64,000 bases of DNA, taken from assembly GCA_014764025.1 (NCBI GenBank), contig JACXUD010000001.1, forward strand, positions 10,643-74,642. The letters run 5' to 3'. Of the stretch, positions 8,612 through 17,775 are shown piece after piece (position 1 is the first letter of the stretch; each line of letters starts with the position of its first letter). The notes under the pieces were generated by a model that was not told the origin of the DNA, made no database searches, and worked only from the letters and a program-made list of their open reading frames with translations. The stretch is from Campylobacterota bacterium. GTDB lineage: Bacteria; Campylobacterota; Campylobacteria; Campylobacterales; Sulfurimonadaceae. The translations under genes were made by a program, and so were the position numbers.

Positions 8612-9380
8612 TATAAAAGAGGGAGTAGAGGAGTTTATCTTCTCTGCCCACACCTGCCTAAAAAGCATTACAAATTCTGAGCGTCTTGAAGAGTTTCCTA
8701 TCCTTGTGGGAAAACTGCCTAGTAAAGAAGATTACTCTTTCAAGGAAGATGAGGCTTGGACCAGTACACGGACCAAGATGAACGAGTCGAGTATTGCCAA
8801 AGGGTACTTTATAGGAAACCTCAAGCCTAAGTGGGATCTATACTACAAAAGAGAGCTTATGGCTTATCTCATTGGAACTGCACTGCTCTTTTTTGTTGTG
8901 GGCCTCGTTAAGGATTCTTTTCCGGTCATTGCTGGAGCTATAGTTGCTATTTTTCTTGCTATAGGAATTCCGACCATACTTTCAAAGATCAGTAAAGTAT
9001 TTCACGATGAAGACTACATCAACTCCCCAAAACGCAATTACTATCTAAAGAAAAGGGGCACTGCTCAAAAACAAAGATATGGAAAGCTTGAAAAGAGAGC
9101 AAAGAATAATCGCTTTTGGGAAGAGCTTATCTTTGGAGGCTTGCTCCTGGATGCAGCAGAGGACAACGAAAGGGAAGCGATAGAAAAGAGATTGCAAGAG
9201 ATACATCTTAAAAAGTCCAATGGTCAAGAAGATCTCTTTATGGACTTTATGAATGAAACCTACCGTGTTTTCCTCCGTGCATTCTCAGGGGATATGCAAG
9301 ACGGCGATGTGCGTTTCGGATATAATGCTCAAGCGTACACACTCGCACTAGGGCAGCTAAAAGAGAAAATTTTAAAATAA
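8592..9380 (+). CDS. membrane protein (two central hydrophobic helices)
   Basis: LMAYLIGTALLFFVVGLV and VIAGAIVAIFLAIGIPTIL. Overlaps the upstream gene by 20 nt. Confidence 0.5.
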   Translation: MGKVRNNIKEGVEEFIFSAHTCLKSITNSERLEEFPILVGKLPSKEDYSFKEDEAWTSTRTKMNESSIAKGYFIGNLKPKWDLYYKRELMAYLIGTALLFFVVGLVKDSFPVIAGAIVAIFLAIGIPTILSKISKVFHDEDYINSPKRNYYLKKRGTAQKQRYGKLEKRAKNNRFWEELIFGGLLLDAAEDNEREAIEKRLQEIHLKKSNGQEDLFMDFMNETYRVFLRAFSGDMQDGDVRFGYNAQAYTLALGQLKEKILK

Positions 9381-9402
9381 TCGATACAAAGTTTGATTTT
9401 CA

Positions 9403-9411
9403 TGATATAAT
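9403..9411 (+). promoter_or_regulatory. extended -10 promoter element TGATATAAT
   Basis: Exact TGnTATAAT 44 nt upstream of ATG 9455 (RBS AAAGGAG). Confidence 0.45.
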
Positions 9412-9454
9412 GCGTTATACTTTTAAAAATTGAGAACAACTAAAGGAGAACACA

Positions 9455-9799
9455 ATGTCAAAGGGACAAACTCAAGAACTATCAAACGATGAGAAAAAAT
9501 GGTTGGGCGGTGCGATCAGTGCCTTGCACTATAAGTCACTTGAAGAGAAAAAGGCGGTCCTTGGTACTGCAAAGATTAAGTTTTTAGTATGGCTAGTTGA
9601 GAAGAACAGAACTAAAGACGGTGTTCCTAAGAGCGTGGAAGGTATCAAGAACGCACTTGACGATGAAGATATCGTAATTGCATACGGAACGGTTTCAAAT
9701 ACAATGAGATTCCTTTGTGAGCTTGGATATGCTGAAAAGGTAGCTGAGTCCGGCAAGGGAAATAAAAATGAAAGATACTCTCTAGTGGGTATTAAATAA
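9455..9799 (+). CDS. small winged-helix-like DNA-binding protein (114 aa)
   Basis: ...AYGTVSNTMRFLCELGYAEKVAESGKGNKNERYSL resembles a recognition helix plus wing. First gene of the + strand transfer block. Confidence 0.4.
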   Translation: MSKGQTQELSNDEKKWLGGAISALHYKSLEEKKAVLGTAKIKFLVWLVEKNRTKDGVPKSVEGIKNALDDEDIVIAYGTVSNTMRFLCELGYAEKVAESGKGNKNERYSLVGIK

Positions 9800-9815
9800 G
9801 CAAAAAACTCTCCAT

Positions 9816-9846
9816 GTCGGCGGCGTGTAAACTCTTTACCGCCGAC
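9816..9846 (+). terminator. hairpin GTCGGCGG(n15)CCGCCGAC after the 9455 gene
   Basis: Perfect 8-bp GC-rich stem 17 nt after the stop, with T-rich sequence 10 nt downstream. Confidence 0.4.
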
Positions 9847-9936
9847 ACAATCCAACTTTTCTACTCCAATGTTAAAAAAATATTTAAGAAGCCTTGTAGG
9901 GTGCTTTTTTTTTCTGTATATTAATACCAAAATAAT

Positions 9937-10473
9937 GTGTATCGCACACTATACGGGGAAGCCATGATGACACAAGCTTGCAATATTACAAATAAAGGTA
10001 TCAGTATTTTCGATGCAGCATCCACATTGACTGAGACTAGAAGAAACACTGAAATTGCGAATGTTTCAAAAATCAGTTACTACCAGGTGACTGCCTGGTG
10101 TCAAGAAAAAGAAAGAGCCCATCACGCTCTCTTTATTATGGAGTATTACAAGCGGATTAATAAAGAAGCCGAGGCAAAGCTCATGGAGGAGTTGGGGCTC
10201 AAGGCAGACATGACGGAAGAGATGTTGACTACATTGGTGTTTCCTAAAAAGATCGTCAAAGATTACCTCAGCTCATCTATCGAATGGAAGAGGGAAGTGA
10301 TGGAAGATTTCCTCTGTTCAAACAGTGCACTGCTTGAGAAGCAAATAGAGCTAGTCAATATGTATATCAATGCCAAAAAAGGTGAAAGTTACGCCAAAGA
10401 ACGATACAACCCGTTTGATAGCGGAAACAATATCCAAATAATAGCAAAGACTTCTGATACCAGCCACCTATAG
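9937..10473 (+). CDS. hypothetical protein (start uncertain: GTG 9937 or ATG 9964/9967)
   Basis: Track ORF directly upstream of the VirB4-like gene. No motif recognised. Confidence 0.5.
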   Translation: MYRTLYGEAMMTQACNITNKGISIFDAASTLTETRRNTEIANVSKISYYQVTAWCQEKERAHHALFIMEYYKRINKEAEAKLMEELGLKADMTEEMLTTLVFPKKIVKDYLSSSIEWKREVMEDFLCSNSALLEKQIELVNMYINAKKGESYAKERYNPFDSGNNIQIIAKTSDTSHL

Positions 10474-10480
10474 GAAAAGA

Positions 10481-12847
10481 ATGGACTTCAAGGAATATTT
10501 AACCCAGGGACTAGAATATATAATACTTTATCTTTCAAAGATGGACTTTATGAAAACAGTCTCTCTTTATGGGATCAATGATTATAGTATTTATTTGGCA
10601 AGTGGGAAGAAAAAAGAGCTCTTTGGTTGTAAATTGGAAACATCCAGTAATAGATACCACTCTATCCCATCGATCTCTTCAATAGCGAACAATATCAGAC
10701 ACGCACAAGGACGCTCTCAGTTATTCCTCTATTATGTCAAGAACGGGAATACGCAGGGGATATATGTATATTCCTATAATGATGAGGCCATAGAACAGAT
10801 TTGTAGGGATTTTAGAGTTCCTATTATGTCCGGCGATGAGGTGGTAAAGTCTCTCTTTAAGATTTTCCTGATCGGCGATCATTACAAGACAACTGACAAC
10901 CGTATTGTTTACGAGTACGATATAGGGCAAGACGAAAAGTTCTTTGTGCCGTGGTCACTGGAATTGAACTCCGGTAGATTTAGACAGATGACGCAACTCG
11001 GCTTTGATAATATGCTCGATGAGGGAACGCTCTATCAGGCCACAAGTTATGTGGAAAGTGATATCTTTACTCCCCAAGAGCTCTTTAGCCTCGACTGGGA
11101 AGGGGTGCTTGGTTTTACTTTTGATTATAGTCATGTGGCCACAAAGGCAAGAGTGCAGACCTATGAGAGTGTTGCAAGACTTGGTGACAAACAGTTCTAC
11201 GATATCGTTTCTCAGATAAATAGTAGAGAAGGTGACAATAGACAGATCCAAGATATGATAGAGAACGAAACGTGCCTTGTGAACACCGTTCTGTACATAA
11301 AGAACAACTATGAAACCACGGTAAGTAAGATCGGTCTTTTGTTGGGTGCAAAATTTACCAAGAACTATCTTACTGGTCCTTCTGTTTTTGGCAAAACGCT
11401 TATGAATGCCAGGGACTATGATTTTGATGCCCTTCTTCCAAGTGAACAAACAAAACAGTTCTTTGCCACAAGCCATAAGCGTCAAGTGCCTAAAAATATC
11501 TTCCCTATGTGTATAGGAAAAGATATCAACGGGAATATTATCAACTACAGTTTTGAGGAGAACAAGTCCCCCCATGCTATGTTTATCGGTAGTACGGGTG
11601 CGGGTAAATCTACGCAGGTCATTATAATGCTTATGCAGATGATGGGCTATGATATCAATACGGGGAAGGCTCTGCGTTTTGATCAGTTCAATATCAGATA
11701 TACCGATGTCGGTTACTCTGCGGGTAACTTTGCATCAAGTCTTAAAAAGGCATACCCCGACAAAGTAAAAATATACTCTTCTATGGTCAAGAATATGCGT
11801 TTCTCGCTCTTTAATATCAAGGTAAAGAACGGGATGATCGATGAAGATGAGCTTGACTATATGGTGGGGATCATCAACTTTGCTCTTTCTGTTCAGGACG
11901 GGGGAGTTTCCGATAAAGACAAGATCGGGATGATGACGGGTGTAGAGCAGAATTTCCTCAAGACAATCGTAAGAGATCTGCTGAAGAACAAGTCACACTC
12001 GGACCTTTACCTTTCGGAGTTCACAAAAGAGCCGGGAGTGTATGATGAGCTACTTAAAGAACTCCACGCTTTAGGTTTTAGTTCCGAACTGGATAATGCC
12101 AATTTGGTCTCAGAACTTCCCGAAAAGTACAACTATCTCAAAAAGCCTATTTTGGCAGATGTAATCAACCTCTCTATTACCTACTCAGGAAAACCCCAAT
12201 ATTCTGCGGTGGAGCAAGAGGATATCAAGCAGCTCACTAGAAAGCTGAGAAGCTTAGAAAACCTAACTTTCCTTAGTGGGCACTCAAACCTCTCTCAAGT
12301 AAGAGAAAACTTCTCACACCTTGATCTTGATAGGGTAAAGAAGGATCCGGTGTCGTTCAGTATCATTTACTGGATGTTGGCTAAAGAGTGGATCGATATT
12401 GCGAAGAGCGAGGCAGAAGAGAGACTTGCAAAAAGACTTCCTACAAAGAAAACCATCTTCCCGGTGGACGAGGCTCATATCTTCTTCTCATTTGGCTCTA
12501 CCGCCTTTGAAAACCTCTTTATTTCCGCAGTAAAAGAAATGCGTAAGTTCGGCGGTATCTTCGTCTTTATGAGTCAAGAGTTGGACGATGTACCTGAAAA
12601 GGTTGTGACGCAGCTAGGCACAAAGGTATTCATTGTTTCGCCTGAAGAGAAGGCTTCTTTGAAAAATATCGTCGAGAGAAGCTTTGGTGAAATGAAGGAA
12701 GCGGATGAGAAAGTCCTTGAGGCAATAGGGGACTATATGATGTTCGTTAAATACGAAAAAGGATCTATCGGGCTGAAGTTCGATATCGCTCCTGAAGATG
12801 AATGGTTTTATAAGCCGTACCACCCTGATTTCGAGGATCATCAATGA
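10481..12847 (+). CDS. VirB4/TraC-class conjugative-transfer ATPase (788 aa)
   Basis: Walker A FIGSTGAGKST and Walker B IFPVDEAHIFF. Size and position beside a coupling protein fit. The family call rests on motifs and context only. Confidence 0.6.
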   Translation: MDFKEYLTQGLEYIILYLSKMDFMKTVSLYGINDYSIYLASGKKKELFGCKLETSSNRYHSIPSISSIANNIRHAQGRSQLFLYYVKNGNTQGIYVYSYNDEAIEQICRDFRVPIMSGDEVVKSLFKIFLIGDHYKTTDNRIVYEYDIGQDEKFFVPWSLELNSGRFRQMTQLGFDNMLDEGTLYQATSYVESDIFTPQELFSLDWEGVLGFTFDYSHVATKARVQTYESVARLGDKQFYDIVSQINSREGDNRQIQDMIENETCLVNTVLYIKNNYETTVSKIGLLLGAKFTKNYLTGPSVFGKTLMNARDYDFDALLPSEQTKQFFATSHKRQVPKNIFPMCIGKDINGNIINYSFEENKSPHAMFIGSTGAGKSTQVIIMLMQMMGYDINTGKALRFDQFNIRYTDVGYSAGNFASSLKKAYPDKVKIYSSMVKNMRFSLFNIKVKNGMIDEDELDYMVGIINFALSVQDGGVSDKDKIGMMTGVEQNFLKTIVRDLLKNKSHSDLYLSEFTKEPGVYDELLKELHALGFSSELDNANLVSELPEKYNYLKKPILADVINLSITYSGKPQYSAVEQEDIKQLTRKLRSLENLTFLSGHSNLSQVRENFSHLDLDRVKKDPVSFSIIYWMLAKEWIDIAKSEAEERLAKRLPTKKTIFPVDEAHIFFSFGSTAFENLFISAVKEMRKFGGIFVFMSQELDDVPEKVVTQLGTKVFIVSPEEKASLKNIVERSFGEMKEADEKVLEAIGDYMMFVKYEKGSIGLKFDIAPEDEWFYKPYHPDFEDHQ

Positions 12848-13305
12848 GAAAGTGTCTTTTATTTGCTGTAATGCTCTCTTTATTGGGTGCAGATACTTGT
12901 CCTTCGCTGACACGATTGGACTTTGTAGATAATGCCTCTTGTCACTTGAGTGATATGGCAAAGAACTACGATAAGCTCAAAGAAAAGATAGACTATCGCC
13001 TTAAAGATGTTCCGATTGGGCAAACCGCAGCACTTATAGGAACGGAGACCAAAGGGCAGTACCATATAGATGCGGTCACAACTGAAGTTACCGCACTGGG
13101 AATGCAATCGATCATTTCAAATATCTCCTCAGTATCCTCCAAGATCGCTTCCGCTGAAATGCAGTATCGCTACATTATGGATTTAGACCTCAGTATCGCA
13201 GAGATATTGATAGCCCAAAACCTTACACTGCACAACTGGGTACAAAAAGATGAGCTTGAGAGGTTTATTCCGACTTCTGAAGAACATAGTAAAAATAAGA
13301 AGTAA
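12844..13305 (+). CDS. exported protein (153 aa, N-terminal signal peptide)
   Basis: MRKCLLFAVMLSLLGA... Overlaps the upstream stop by 4 nt (ATGA). Confidence 0.5.
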   Translation: MRKCLLFAVMLSLLGADTCPSLTRLDFVDNASCHLSDMAKNYDKLKEKIDYRLKDVPIGQTAALIGTETKGQYHIDAVTTEVTALGMQSIISNISSVSSKIASAEMQYRYIMDLDLSIAEILIAQNLTLHNWVQKDELERFIPTSEEHSKNKK

Positions 13306-13313
13306 GGAGAGTT

Positions 13314-15545
13314 ATGCCTACTTATGTTAAAAAGCGTGGTATAGAAGAATATATCAGCTATTTCCACAAATACAAAGCGATCCAGTACGCAGGGGTATTC
13401 AAAAATGAAATGGCCTACCGTGTAACTTGGATACTCCCGGCATTTTTTATCATTTCCCCGGCTCTGTTCTTCATGGCAGTTTTTGCCACGATCATGTTCT
13501 ATACTACCAAGTTTCATAAGGAGTTTTTTAGTGACAAAAGAAAGCTTACCCGGTATGAAGGTGTCCTTGCACCAAAAAGTTCCAATGATGTTGTTGCGGT
13601 GATTGGATATCAAATAGGGGAAGATGAGGTTGCAGAACATATTCAGTTAGCTAGAAGGGACGACAAAGAGGGCAGAAAGAAGCTCATGGAAAAGCAAATA
13701 GCTAATGAAAGATGGGAAAACAAGTTCAAACACATCGGAATTTCAAGGGATTTGGCTACCACCCATTTTGTCATAAATGGTAAAACTGGATCGGGAAAAA
13801 CCGAAATGATACGCTCTATTGCTAACGATGCGTGTCTTGCTATAGGTGGTGGTTTTTTGCACAATGATGGCAAAAGCGACAGTAAGTTACTTCGTGAATT
13901 CGTTACGCAAGCTCAAAAACTTGGGCGTGAAACTTCCGTGAGTGTAATGAACTTTCTTAAACCTGAGCTTAACGCAGAGTCCAACACTTTCTCTCCTTTA
14001 CATATCATGCACCCGCTCAAAACGGTTGAATTCTTAGGGGGACTGACGGGAGGTGGAGAAAGTTCTGACGGGAATGCCGCCTACTTTTTTAATCAGGGCA
14101 AGGCTCTTTTGGCTCCGATCATTATGCTAACCTACCTTAGAAACAAATACTTCGATGAGGGTTACAACCTAGAGCTCATCTTTAATAACACCAAACTGGA
14201 AAACCAAATCATTCTCAGAAATATTGGCTACTGTATGTGTAGGGACATCAATGACATGATCCTTGCTTCTCCTAAGCTTAAAGCGATGATCTCTACCGTT
14301 ACGATTGCGGCAGAGGATGATAACCTCTATGCTCTTTCTGCCCTCATAGAGTACATGACACAACACGCTACTAAAGTGAAGGAAGTGAAAGAAGAGACGG
14401 GGATAGAGTATTATGAGATAAAAGAGATCTATCTTGCCGGATACTATTTGATCAATGCGTACCTTTCAAGGGCATGGAATCAATTCTCCTCGCTTTTGGA
14501 CATAACGGCTAGAGTGCTTTATATCGTGGGGAAAGAAGAAGGGTTTAGCTTCTTTGGAGAAGGTGCTGCAAAAATAGGCGACATTAAGCTAATGATGAAA
14601 ACCATTCGTACCGGAACGGAAGGGGAAGAGGCGATCAAGGAGTTTAGAGAGGCATATAGGCTTCCTGAGTATGGAATAACCAATGCTGATCTCGCTCAAC
14701 TTTATAATGCTCTTCATAGACAACCTCAGCAGGGGGGAAATATCGACTCACCTCCTGCCGACGCAGTGCAACAAATCGCATACGCAATCCAACAGTGGGC
14801 GAGTTTGGCAAACGTCTTTACGATGTATAAGCATATCTTTGGGCAAACCGATCCTGAGATCAAGCCGGAAAAGCTTATCAAGGATAACCGCTTCTTATAT
14901 GTTCTTCTTCCTCCTTTGGAGCTCTCCCCGGATATCGTAGAAATTCTCGGAAAGATTCTCATTAAGACCGTTCAGGAAGTAGCAGCTATCGCATTGCTTG
15001 GAGAACAGATATCTATGCATAAGACACTGGGAAATATTTACAAAGATAGACTTACACCAAAACCGTTTACTTTTGCCGTATTTGACGAGTATGGGGCATA
15101 CCCGGTTGAGCTCTCGGTATTGCTTGCTCAACTACGTTCACTTTCTATATCTGTGGCCCTTGGGGTGCAAGACCACGCATCTTTGAAGGTAAAAGGGGAG
15201 TCTCAAACTTCTCTTGAGAGAGCCTTAGCAAACACCACAAAGATCATCACGAAGACTGAAGATAAAGAGACAATCGAGTGGGTAAAGAGTATGCTCTCGG
15301 ATGTTAATATAGAATCGACAAAGATGCAAAGAGATATGCACGGAGACTGGGTAAGTACCGTAGATGCGGAGATCACTGAGAAGAAGAGCTTCGAGCCTGA
15401 GACACTTAGAGACTTCGGAAACGGTTTCTCTTTGGTCATGCTAGGAAGTAAGGAGGAAGACCTTGTATTTATGCAGAGCTTCTATCGTGGAGGTAGTCCT
15501 GAGACCATCTTTATCAAGCGTTACCTCAACTTGAAATTCACCTAA
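13314..15545 (+). CDS. type IV coupling protein (VirD4/TraD/TraG class)
   Basis: N-terminal hydrophobic segment WILPAFFIISPALFFMAVFATIMFY, Walker A INGKTGSGKT and Walker B-like FAVFDEYGAY. 743 aa. Confidence 0.65.
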   Translation: MPTYVKKRGIEEYISYFHKYKAIQYAGVFKNEMAYRVTWILPAFFIISPALFFMAVFATIMFYTTKFHKEFFSDKRKLTRYEGVLAPKSSNDVVAVIGYQIGEDEVAEHIQLARRDDKEGRKKLMEKQIANERWENKFKHIGISRDLATTHFVINGKTGSGKTEMIRSIANDACLAIGGGFLHNDGKSDSKLLREFVTQAQKLGRETSVSVMNFLKPELNAESNTFSPLHIMHPLKTVEFLGGLTGGGESSDGNAAYFFNQGKALLAPIIMLTYLRNKYFDEGYNLELIFNNTKLENQIILRNIGYCMCRDINDMILASPKLKAMISTVTIAAEDDNLYALSALIEYMTQHATKVKEVKEETGIEYYEIKEIYLAGYYLINAYLSRAWNQFSSLLDITARVLYIVGKEEGFSFFGEGAAKIGDIKLMMKTIRTGTEGEEAIKEFREAYRLPEYGITNADLAQLYNALHRQPQQGGNIDSPPADAVQQIAYAIQQWASLANVFTMYKHIFGQTDPEIKPEKLIKDNRFLYVLLPPLELSPDIVEILGKILIKTVQEVAAIALLGEQISMHKTLGNIYKDRLTPKPFTFAVFDEYGAYPVELSVLLAQLRSLSISVALGVQDHASLKVKGESQTSLERALANTTKIITKTEDKETIEWVKSMLSDVNIESTKMQRDMHGDWVSTVDAEITEKKSFEPETLRDFGNGFSLVMLGSKEEDLVFMQSFYRGGSPETIFIKRYLNLKFT

Positions 15546-15602
15546 GAACATCTTGAGCTCCTAACACGGTTGCTACTCCTAGTGATCGTGGGGAATTTGA
15601 TA

Positions 15603-16040
15603 CTACTCTAAGAGTAAAGGAACCCCCTTGTAGATGTCAAACATATCAAGCAACGTCGCATCCTCTTTGGCTAAAGCCTCGTCGATTCTTCTCATGTCCT
15701 TCATGGAAAGCTTATTACTTTTACCCGGCTGAGGTGGCAAGAAGATGCTTTTTTCATAGAAACAGAAACAAGGCCACTATTCTCTTTTTTCCACTCTGGG
15801 TAGGCTGCCTCGATCTTATCTATAAAATAATCGATTGCTCCATTTTGTATTTTTCAGAAGGATCTATTTTGAGTAGTACGGGTTTGAGCGTATGCCAGTT
15901 CTTGTAGCGGTATTGCCTGGTAAGAAGATTGATTGATTTGTTTATGCTGATCCAGTCTTTACCGATCATCGTTCTAAGCTCTTCTGCGTGTTCTCTGAAA
16001 TCATCATAGGTTGGTAGTAATATGGGGAGTTTTGCAAAAA
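15603..16040 (-). pseudogene. possible decayed gene downstream of recT (protein-like reading in three frames)
   Basis: The track shows no ORF of 60 aa or more in the 522-bp gap. The reverse strand reads ...PTYDDFREHAEELRTMIGKDWISINKSINLLTRQYRYKNWHTLKPVLLKIDPSEKYK / AIDYFIDKIEAAYPEWKKE / CFCFYEKSIFLPPQPGKSNKLSMKDMRRIDEALAKEDATLLDMFDIYKGVPLLLE*, with a frame change at each slash. Coordinates are +/-1. Confidence 0.25.
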
Positions 16041-16067
16041 AATAGAAGGTTTAGGAGGGGGGGAGGC

Positions 16068-16958
16068 TTATGCGGCCTTTTGTTGATTCCCTCCCATTTT
16101 GCTTGGAAGCTTTTCAGTTTGATGCACTTCGCCTGATTTTTCATCATACTCAAGGATCACTCCGTCGTATTCGGTTTCAGGTGCTTTTCTGTCTTCTGCA
16201 TTGATCTGTGACATAACAATAGTGCTAAACGGTAAGAACTTCGCCTCACGCTTGATCACTGTCTTTTTCCACATAGTATCTGTATGCAAGTTCCAAATAC
16301 TGTCAGGCTTATGCTGTGAATGGGAGAGGCTTCTGATCTTCTCTACCTCTTCTGCGTACATGAAGCCATAGTGTCTTCCTCCATTGGTAAGAAGTGCCAA
16401 CATATAGACACCGATACGTTTTCCTCTTTGGCTTGGCGGGCAAGGAACATGAAGGAACTCTACACCTCTTTGCGTGATCTTTTGAGAGAACTCATCACCC
16501 TCCCAAACCACTTCTGCAAAGATGTCCATGATCTGACCGCTTCTTCTAGCAAGTTCAAGAAGCCCCAAGTAACCGATTTGGTATGTCGCTTTGCCTTTGT
16601 AAGGTATGATATACGCATGACCGAGGTTTCTATCCAAAGATAGACCCATTTGAGCCGATTGGATCGCACACCCTAGAATACTTGCGGGCTCCAACATTAA
16701 TAAGCTTGGATCGCCTCTTAGAAGTGTAAGCACCTCTCTCTTAAATCTCTCCACCTCTGTTGAAGAAGCAAGGACTTTCAAGAACTGGTCAGAATTCTTC
16801 TCCAGTGCCTTGGAGAGTAGTTCGATCTGTTGTTGCTGTGGCGTTTTTTGTTTTACCGCAGGAGCATTATTGTTGTTTTGGTTATTGCCTTGGGTATGTG
16901 CCTCGACAACCTGATTTTGTTGTGCCGTTTTTTCTTTTGCTTTATCACGTAGTCCCAT
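16068..16958 (-). CDS. recT: RecT-family single-strand annealing recombinase
   Basis: GCAIQSAQMGLSLDRNLGHAYIIPYKGKATYQIGYLGLLELARRSGQ and EVVWEGDEF are typical of the RecT core. Confidence 0.85.
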   Translation of the reverse strand: MGLRDKAKEKTAQQNQVVEAHTQGNNQNNNNAPAVKQKTPQQQQIELLSKALEKNSDQFLKVLASSTEVERFKREVLTLLRGDPSLLMLEPASILGCAIQSAQMGLSLDRNLGHAYIIPYKGKATYQIGYLGLLELARRSGQIMDIFAEVVWEGDEFSQKITQRGVEFLHVPCPPSQRGKRIGVYMLALLTNGGRHYGFMYAEEVEKIRSLSHSQHKPDSIWNLHTDTMWKKTVIKREAKFLPFSTIVMSQINAEDRKAPETEYDGVILEYDEKSGEVHQTEKLPSKMGGNQQKAA

Positions 16959-16987
16959 GATATTTTCCTTTCTTTTTAATATATCTT

Positions 16988-16996
16988 ACTATATCA
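16988..16996 (-). promoter_or_regulatory. extended -10 promoter element (TGATATAGT on minus strand)
   Basis: The reverse complement of actatatca lies about 30 nt upstream of the recT ATG. The leader contains AAAGGAAAA. Confidence 0.35.
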
Positions 16997-17118
16997 TAAA
17001 TAATATTATAATGCAATAGTAAAAAGGCATTTTATTGAAAAAAATCATAAATATTCTATTTTATCGCAAAAAAGGAAAACACATTCCCTAAAAAGATACT
17101 TCTCTGAAATATATTATT

Positions 17119-17304
17119 TTCACGATTAAGTAAGTTATTCCATGCACCCAAAACAACCACCTCGTACTCAGCCTAACGTCAACCGATGAAAAGAGGGGAA
17201 AAAGGGGAAAAATGGTGAAAAAAGAGGCTCATGGCGGGTTTTGGATTGTGTGGTGTTGCGACCATTTGAGCAAGTAGGTATAGAATTGCTTACTTAATCG
17301 TGAA
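17119..17304. repeat. 186-bp element bounded by perfect 16-bp inverted repeats (TTCACGATTAAGTAAG / CTTACTTAATCGTGAA)
   Basis: Arms at 17119-17134 and 17289-17304. The 154-bp interior is visibly GC-richer than its surroundings and contains GGGGAAAAA twice in tandem. It lies between the divergent recT promoter and the 17385 promoter. Confidence 0.6.
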
Positions 17305-17384
17305 TTTAAGGCTACCCTACTATCTCATAAGATATTTCGGGGAAAGTATAGCGTAGGGCGTGGAAGTGGGTGTTTTTTATGGGC

Positions 17385-17390
17385 TATAAT
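17385..17390 (+). promoter_or_regulatory. -10 hexamer TATAAT
   Basis: Perfect hexamer 25 nt upstream of ATG 17416 (RBS AAGGAG). Confidence 0.35.
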
Positions 17391-17415
17391 TTGGGAAATA
17401 CGCAAGGAGTGAAGA

Positions 17416-17601
17416 ATGGAAAAGCACAAAGAGATCGATTGGCCTACACCTCAAGAGAACGTGAAAAACATTATGGACGGAGTATTAACACCTGACAATG
17501 CGTGGCTTGCTGCGGAGAATAAAGAGGTTACATCAAAAGAGACCATACTCCAAAAGATCAGTACCGGAGACCCGCAAAGTGGAGGCGGGCTCAAAATGTA
17601 G
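17416..17601 (+). CDS. small hypothetical protein (61 aa)
   Basis: Track ORF with a good RBS. No motif recognised. Confidence 0.35.
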   Translation: MEKHKEIDWPTPQENVKNIMDGVLTPDNAWLAAENKEVTSKETILQKISTGDPQSGGGLKM

Positions 17602-17624
17602 CCCTACAAAAGAAAGAGGCAAAA

Positions 17625-17738
17625 ATGAAATCTGAAAATAATGACCAATTTAACTATATGATGCTTTCAATACTACAAAGGGATTGTGAGTATTTCTTGG
17701 GCTACGGAAACCATTCTGCGAAAAAACACTTCAGGTAA
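17625..17738 (+). CDS. 37-aa ORF MKSENNDQFNYMMLSILQRDCEYFLGYGNHSAKKHFR, possibly a truncated gene
   Basis: ATG with AAGAGG upstream. The ORF ends about 40 nt before the converging integrase stop. It is below the track length cut-off. Confidence 0.2.
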   Translation: MKSENNDQFNYMMLSILQRDCEYFLGYGNHSAKKHFR

Positions 17739-17775
17739 TGATCTTGGCGGGGAAGGAGTAGGGAGAAAACTCTAA

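Noticed and set aside
16056-16063. A G7/C7 homopolymer just downstream of the recT stop as a phase-variation tract.
   Set aside because: It is intergenic, relatively short, and not positioned in a promoter spacer or an intact ORF.
15541-16141. Apparent missing stop of the coupling-protein ORF (the printed sequence reads TTC ACT AAG at 15537-15545) and an apparent frameshift of recT at a T6 run (16136-16141).
   Set aside because: The ORF track gives intact ORFs ending at 15545 and 16068. Both conflicts disappear if the ten printed lines 15541-16140 are displaced by exactly one base. I treat this as a formatting or reading offset, not biology. My hand-derived coordinates inside this block may therefore be off by 1.
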